DNA of 36,073 nucleotides from a virus: IMG/VR virus record IMGVR_UViG_3300045988_182789, positions 1 to 36,073 of that record. One strand, written 5' to 3'. Positions within the stretch are counted from its first letter, which is position 1. Every line of letters begins with the position of its first letter. The position numbers were made by a program, and so were the translations under genes. Shown piece after piece: positions 33,996-36,073 of the stretch. The notes below the pieces were generated by a model, which saw only the letters and a list, made by a program, of their open reading frames with translations, ran no database searches and was not told where the DNA came from.

Positions 33996-34030
33996 TTGTC
34001 TAAGAGTTACAAATAACTAGGCTCTCAAAC
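33996..34030 (-). promoter_or_regulatory. Conserved intergenic RNA hairpin, copy B
   Basis: Minus strand: GTTTGAGAG...CTCTTAGAC, pairing kept through two G-U wobbles. The loop sequence GCCTAGTTATTT is shared with copy A. Confidence 0.4.
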
Positions 34031-34376
34031 CACCTCTTAATGCTAACTCATATTCCTGTTTACCGCTTTTATACGGTTCAACTCTTGCGTTTACCATTTC
34101 TGCTACTCTCATCGTCTCCTCCGCTATCCAGTTGAAACACTCTCTAAACGCGTCGTCACCCTCAAACTCTTTTATCTCTCTACCCATGCCATACTCCTCC
34201 GCGTTGACCGTTGCACGTAGTTTTCTGTATCTCCAACTGATATACGTTTGTACATACGTTTCGCCTATTCTTTCTCCCCACACGCTCAAAAACTCCTCTC
34301 CCGTCCATTTCCATGCCCCGTTTGCGTACTTCCTCGCTATTTTCGCCGCCACTTTCTCTTTTTCATTCTTGTACAT
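34017..34376 (-). CDS. First gene of the leftward early operon, hypothetical (119 aa)
   Basis: Start moved to MYKNEKEK (ATG 34376) behind AAGGAGAA. The track start 34412 lies inside operator O1. Confidence 0.6.
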   Translation of the reverse strand: MYKNEKEKVAAKIARKYANGAWKWTGEEFLSVWGERIGETYVQTYISWRYRKLRATVNAEEYGMGREIKEFEGDDAFRECFNWIAEETMRVAEMVNARVEPYKSGKQEYELALRGGLRA

Positions 34377-34404
34377 ACTTTTAATTCTCCTTGTAATTGC
34401 TATA

Positions 34405-34421
34405 ACAACCATTTTGGTTGT
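34405..34421. promoter_or_regulatory. Operator O1 (17-bp palindrome ACAACCA-TTT-TGGTTGT)
   Basis: Exact 7-3-7 dyad, just downstream of the predicted start of the leftward promoter. Confidence 0.75.
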
Positions 34422-34431
34422 TTATGTTACC

Positions 34432-34460
34432 ATTATAACAACCATTTTGGTTGTTGTCAA
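34432..34460 (-). promoter_or_regulatory. Leftward early promoter, full consensus
   Basis: Minus strand: TTGACA (34460-34455), 17 nt (= O2), TATAAT (34437-34432). Confidence 0.75.
34438..34454. promoter_or_regulatory. Operator O2 (identical palindrome)
   Basis: Forms exactly the 17-nt spacer between the -35 and -10 of the leftward promoter. Confidence 0.75.
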
Positions 34461-34467
34461 TCATTTT

Positions 34468-34484
34468 ACAACCATTTTGGTTAT
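34468..34484. promoter_or_regulatory. Operator O3 (ACAACCATTTTGGTTAT, one mismatch)
   Basis: Overlaps TATAAT (34482-34487), the -10 of the rightward promoter for the 34507 HTH gene. Confidence 0.65.
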
Positions 34485-34506
34485 AATATTTAAGAGGTTT
34501 ATTACT

Positions 34507-34722
34507 ATGATAGAAAATATACTAGGTACAAGATTGCGAGAAATTAGAACAGCAGCAGGTTTGACAATAAAAGATGTTTCCATTTCCATTGGATTAAGTC
34601 CAATGGCCTATAATCATTATGAATGGGGAGATAGAGAACCGTCCTTAGATGTTCTACGTAAGCTTTGCGATCTGTTCAATGTAAGTTCCGATTATCTTAT
34701 CGGCCGCTCTGACGACTATTAA
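34507..34722 (+). CDS. Small XRE/CI-like repressor candidate (71 aa)
   Basis: MIENILGTRLREIRTAAGLTIKDVSISIGLSPMAYNHYEWGDREPSLDVL HTH. It is the only + strand gene in this region, is divergent from the early operon across O1-O3, and has an AAGAGG ribosome-binding site. Confidence 0.75.
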   Translation: MIENILGTRLREIRTAAGLTIKDVSISIGLSPMAYNHYEWGDREPSLDVLRKLCDLFNVSSDYLIGRSDDY

Positions 34723-34906
34723 GTTGAGCGTAAACAACTTCCTCAATGGTTACGTCATATATTTTTGCTAAGACTATAACCTTTTCAAGACTTATTTCTC
34801 TGTTACCCCATTCATAATGATAAATAGTTTGTTTATTTACCCCTAACTTTTCAGCTACAGCAGCGGCCGTCAGCCCTGCTGTTTTTCTTAATTCCCTCAA
34901 CGTCAC
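34697..34906 (-). CDS. Small XRE-type HTH protein (69 aa), last gene of the right-end operon
   Basis: GTG start 7 nt after GAAGGAGG. LRKTAGLTAAAVAEKLGVNKQTIYHYEWGNRE HTH. Its 3' end overlaps 34507-34722 by 26 nt on the opposite strand. Confidence 0.7.
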   Translation of the reverse strand: MTLRELRKTAGLTAAAVAEKLGVNKQTIYHYEWGNREISLEKVIVLAKIYDVTIEEVVYAQLNSRQSGR

Positions 34907-34966
34907 GTCCTTACCTCCTTCAACCCATAGGCTTTTATCCTTCCGGCTGCATAATCCGCGTTTCTC

Positions 34967-35554
34967 TCAAACCTTGCCAAAATGAATTTTAATCAGTTCT
35001 ATAAAGGCCTTATACTCTTTTCCGTAGATATTATCACCATGCGTTTCTTCAACCTTTTTTTCAAACTCATTAAGCATGCCGCAGAAACACCCGCATACTA
35101 TTTTTACTCCCCCATCTTTTTCAATAAATGCTGTTGTAGTGCCAAACCTTGATCCAATTTTGGAACACCATATAATGTCTGTGTTGTCGTATACACTCGC
35201 GTTGCCAGATACCCACGCGTTGCCAGATACCCTCGCTTTGCCGTATACCCTCGCGTTGCCGTATACACTCGCGTTGTCGTATACCTTCGCGTTGCCGTAT
35301 ACACTCGCGTTGTCGTATACCCACGCTTTGCCTGATACACTCGCGTCACCGTATACCCACGCGTTGCCGTATACCCTCGCGTTGTCGTATACCCACGCGT
35401 TGTCGGATTGACTTAAATTTTCTTCTTTTTCTATGTACCCGCCTAAATCGCCTTTCTTGATTCCTAATGCTTTTATTGCCCTTACTGCGCGTATTCGATA
35501 AAGAGTTATTCCTGTTTGTTCTATCGTAATATCTGTTAATTCATATTTCTTCAT
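34967..35554 (-). CDS. Hexapeptide-repeat (beta-helix-like) protein (195 aa)
   Basis: Twelve consecutive six-residue repeats, consensus N-A-x-V-Y-G (aa 51-123), flanked by non-repetitive N- and C-terminal domains (C-terminal CGCFCG). Confidence 0.7.
   Translation of the reverse strand: MKKYELTDITIEQTGITLYRIRAVRAIKALGIKKGDLGGYIEKEENLSQSDNAWVYDNARVYGNAWVYGDASVSGKAWVYDNASVYGNAKVYDNASVYGNARVYGKARVSGNAWVSGNASVYDNTDIIWCSKIGSRFGTTTAFIEKDGGVKIVCGCFCGMLNEFEKKVEETHGDNIYGKEYKAFIELIKIHFGKV
35186..35404. repeat. 18-bp tandem coding repeat (about 12 units)
   Basis: Units such as GCGTTGCCGTATACCCTC / GCGTTGTCGTATACCCAC; in frame with 34967-35554. Confidence 0.9.
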
Positions 35555-35730
35555 TGCTTGTCCCTCCTTGCGCTCAACCCGTTTGCGTCTCTCACAAACC
35601 CCGACAGCGTATCTACTAATACCTTAAAGCTTCCTTCTGCAAATTCATACGCTCGCCTTATCGCCGTTTCCTTGTCCGAATATCCGTACCGTCTCAATCC
35701 CTCGTCCCGTATTACCGTTACTATATACAT
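35551..35730 (-). CDS. Hypothetical protein (59 aa, MYIVTVIRDEGLRRYGYSDKETAIRRAYEF...)
   Basis: Hand-translated. ATGA stop/start overlap with 34967-35554, and overlaps the upstream stop. One residue below the track cut-off. Confidence 0.5.
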   Translation of the reverse strand: MYIVTVIRDEGLRRYGYSDKETAIRRAYEFAEGSFKVLVDTLSGFVRDANGLSARRDKQ

Positions 35731-35927
35731 GCTAACACTCCTTCACTTTTGATATCCGTAATGGTATCCAAATAATTTTCTACAGTATCCAACAGTTTTT
35801 CGCCTGCTTCGTAAGGCATTTCCTGCAATAACGCCGCGATAAAATAATATAAAAACTCCGCGTTATTTTCTGCTTTCTCTAATACATGCGTCCCTTTTGC
35901 TTCCTCTGTGCGTATTCCTAAATCCAT
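35721..35927 (-). CDS. Hypothetical acidic protein (68 aa), first gene of the right-end operon
   Basis: GGAGGA ribosome-binding site before ATG 35927, downstream of the promoter in the right repeat. Paralogue of the 765-872 ORF. Confidence 0.6.
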   Translation of the reverse strand: MDLGIRTEEAKGTHVLEKAENNAEFLYYFIAALLQEMPYEAGEKLLDTVENYLDTITDIKSEGVLACI

Positions 35928-35948
35928 TTTTTAAATCCTCCAATTTAT

Positions 35949-35977
35949 TTGACTTTTTTACCTGCCTGTCATATAAT
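35949..35977 (+). promoter_or_regulatory. Outward-facing promoter, sequence-related to the repeat promoters
   Basis: TTGACT (35949-35954), 17 nt, TATAAT (35972-35977). Shares TTGACTTTTT..CCTGCCT with the terminal-repeat promoter. Confidence 0.55.
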
Positions 35978-35980
35978 TAG

Positions 35981-36073
35981 AGGGTCGAGGGGCAAACAAC
36001 CTGCCTAAGCCCCTCCGTTCCTATTATTATAGAGCAGAGGCAGGAAAAAGTCAAGGAGGTATAATGAATTTTA
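35981..36073. repeat. Right terminal inverted repeat
   Basis: Reverse complement of nt 1-93 (79 nt perfect, then 3 mismatches in 14 nt). Confidence 0.95.
36026..36054 (-). promoter_or_regulatory. Inward-facing promoter inside the right repeat, driving the 35927 operon
   Basis: Minus strand: TTGACT (36054-36049), 17 nt, TATAAT (36031-36026). Confidence 0.6.

Larger units (their letters stand above)
1..36073. mobile_element. Temperate phage genome (complete or near-complete): podovirus-like virion module plus serine-integrase lysogeny module
   Basis: Contiguous terS-terL-portal-scaffold-capsid-tail-fibre block, recombination/replication block, repressor switch and integrase. The window is bounded by inverted repeats. 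Confidence 0.85.

Noticed and set aside
34132-34506. N-terminal 125 aa of the 196-aa track ORF 34132-34722
   Set aside because: It is antisense to the 34017-34376 gene, crosses all three operators and both promoters, and is low complexity (TTILVV repeats that come from the operator repeats). The real gene starts at ATG 34507 behind AAGAGG.
35186-35404. CRISPR-like array (regular short repeats); the 104-bp repeats at 8799-10165 were considered in the same way
   Set aside because: The 18-bp units are contiguous with no spacers and lie in frame within a CDS. The 104-bp repeats are in-frame linker-coding segments. No cas genes are present.
35076-35411. Three extra ORFs (35076-35411 +, 35104-35349 -, 35121-35324 -) over the hexapeptide region
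   Set aside because: They are open frames created by the 18-bp tandem repeat. They translate to monotonous LALPYT / RGYT / IRQRE repeats and have no start signals. Only the 34967-35554 frame has a ribosome-binding site and non-repetitive flanking domains.
36053-36073. AAGGAGG plus ATG at the extreme right end (mirrored at 1-21) as the start of a real outward gene
   Set aside because: It cannot be called as a CDS. Only 10 coding nt are in the window, and if the arms abut the ORF is just 10 codons. The same bases also form the -35 region of the inward promoter on the other strand. It is kept as an open point under the TIR finding.
1-36073. tRNA, tmRNA or rRNA genes, and a tail tube/sheath/tape-measure module
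   Set aside because: Intergenic spaces are short, and none shows cloverleaf-like stems with a conserved GTTC-type arm on visual inspection. No ORF shows tape-measure-like placement between tube and baseplate genes. This is a visual scan only; tRNAscan-SE would be decisive.

Overview
The 36,073-nt window reads as one complete or near-complete temperate phage genome. Its signals are Firmicutes-style: AGGAGG ribosome-binding sites, sigma-A type promoters, an ArpU-like late regulator and a DnaD-like replisome organiser. The left arm (+ strand, 417-4691) holds an XRE regulator, an AT-rich DUF3800-like gene, a large serine integrase and a small accessory cluster. The centre (- strand, 28657 down to 4744) holds terS, terL, portal, scaffold and major capsid, then adaptor/nozzle-like proteins, three collagen-like fibre proteins, three membrane proteins, a 477-aa protein and a 2,693-aa multi-domain protein. 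No tube, sheath or tape-measure gene is visible, so the virion looks podovirus-like. The right arm (- strand, 35927 down to 28784) holds an early operon of small proteins, then recombination and replication genes (Gp157-like, Rad52-like annealase, HNH, DnaD-like, SSB) and the late regulator. A clear genetic switch sits at 34405-34506: three 17-bp palindromic operators, one of which forms the spacer of a consensus TTGACA-17-TATAAT promoter. Five observations stand out. (1) The window ends in 79-93 bp inverted repeats that carry inward consensus promoters, yet no protein-primed polymerase or protelomerase is present. (2) The giant gene looks like a polyvalent polyprotein, with an embedded HExxH peptidase, a recurring R-[FY]-S-[LI] boundary motif and near-identical 104-bp linker repeats. 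(3) Convergent or face-to-face transcription units occur at several regulatory genes. (4) An opposite-strand lipoprotein moron splits the late genes. (5) No endolysin is recognisable. All function calls come from reading the motifs by eye; no database search was run.
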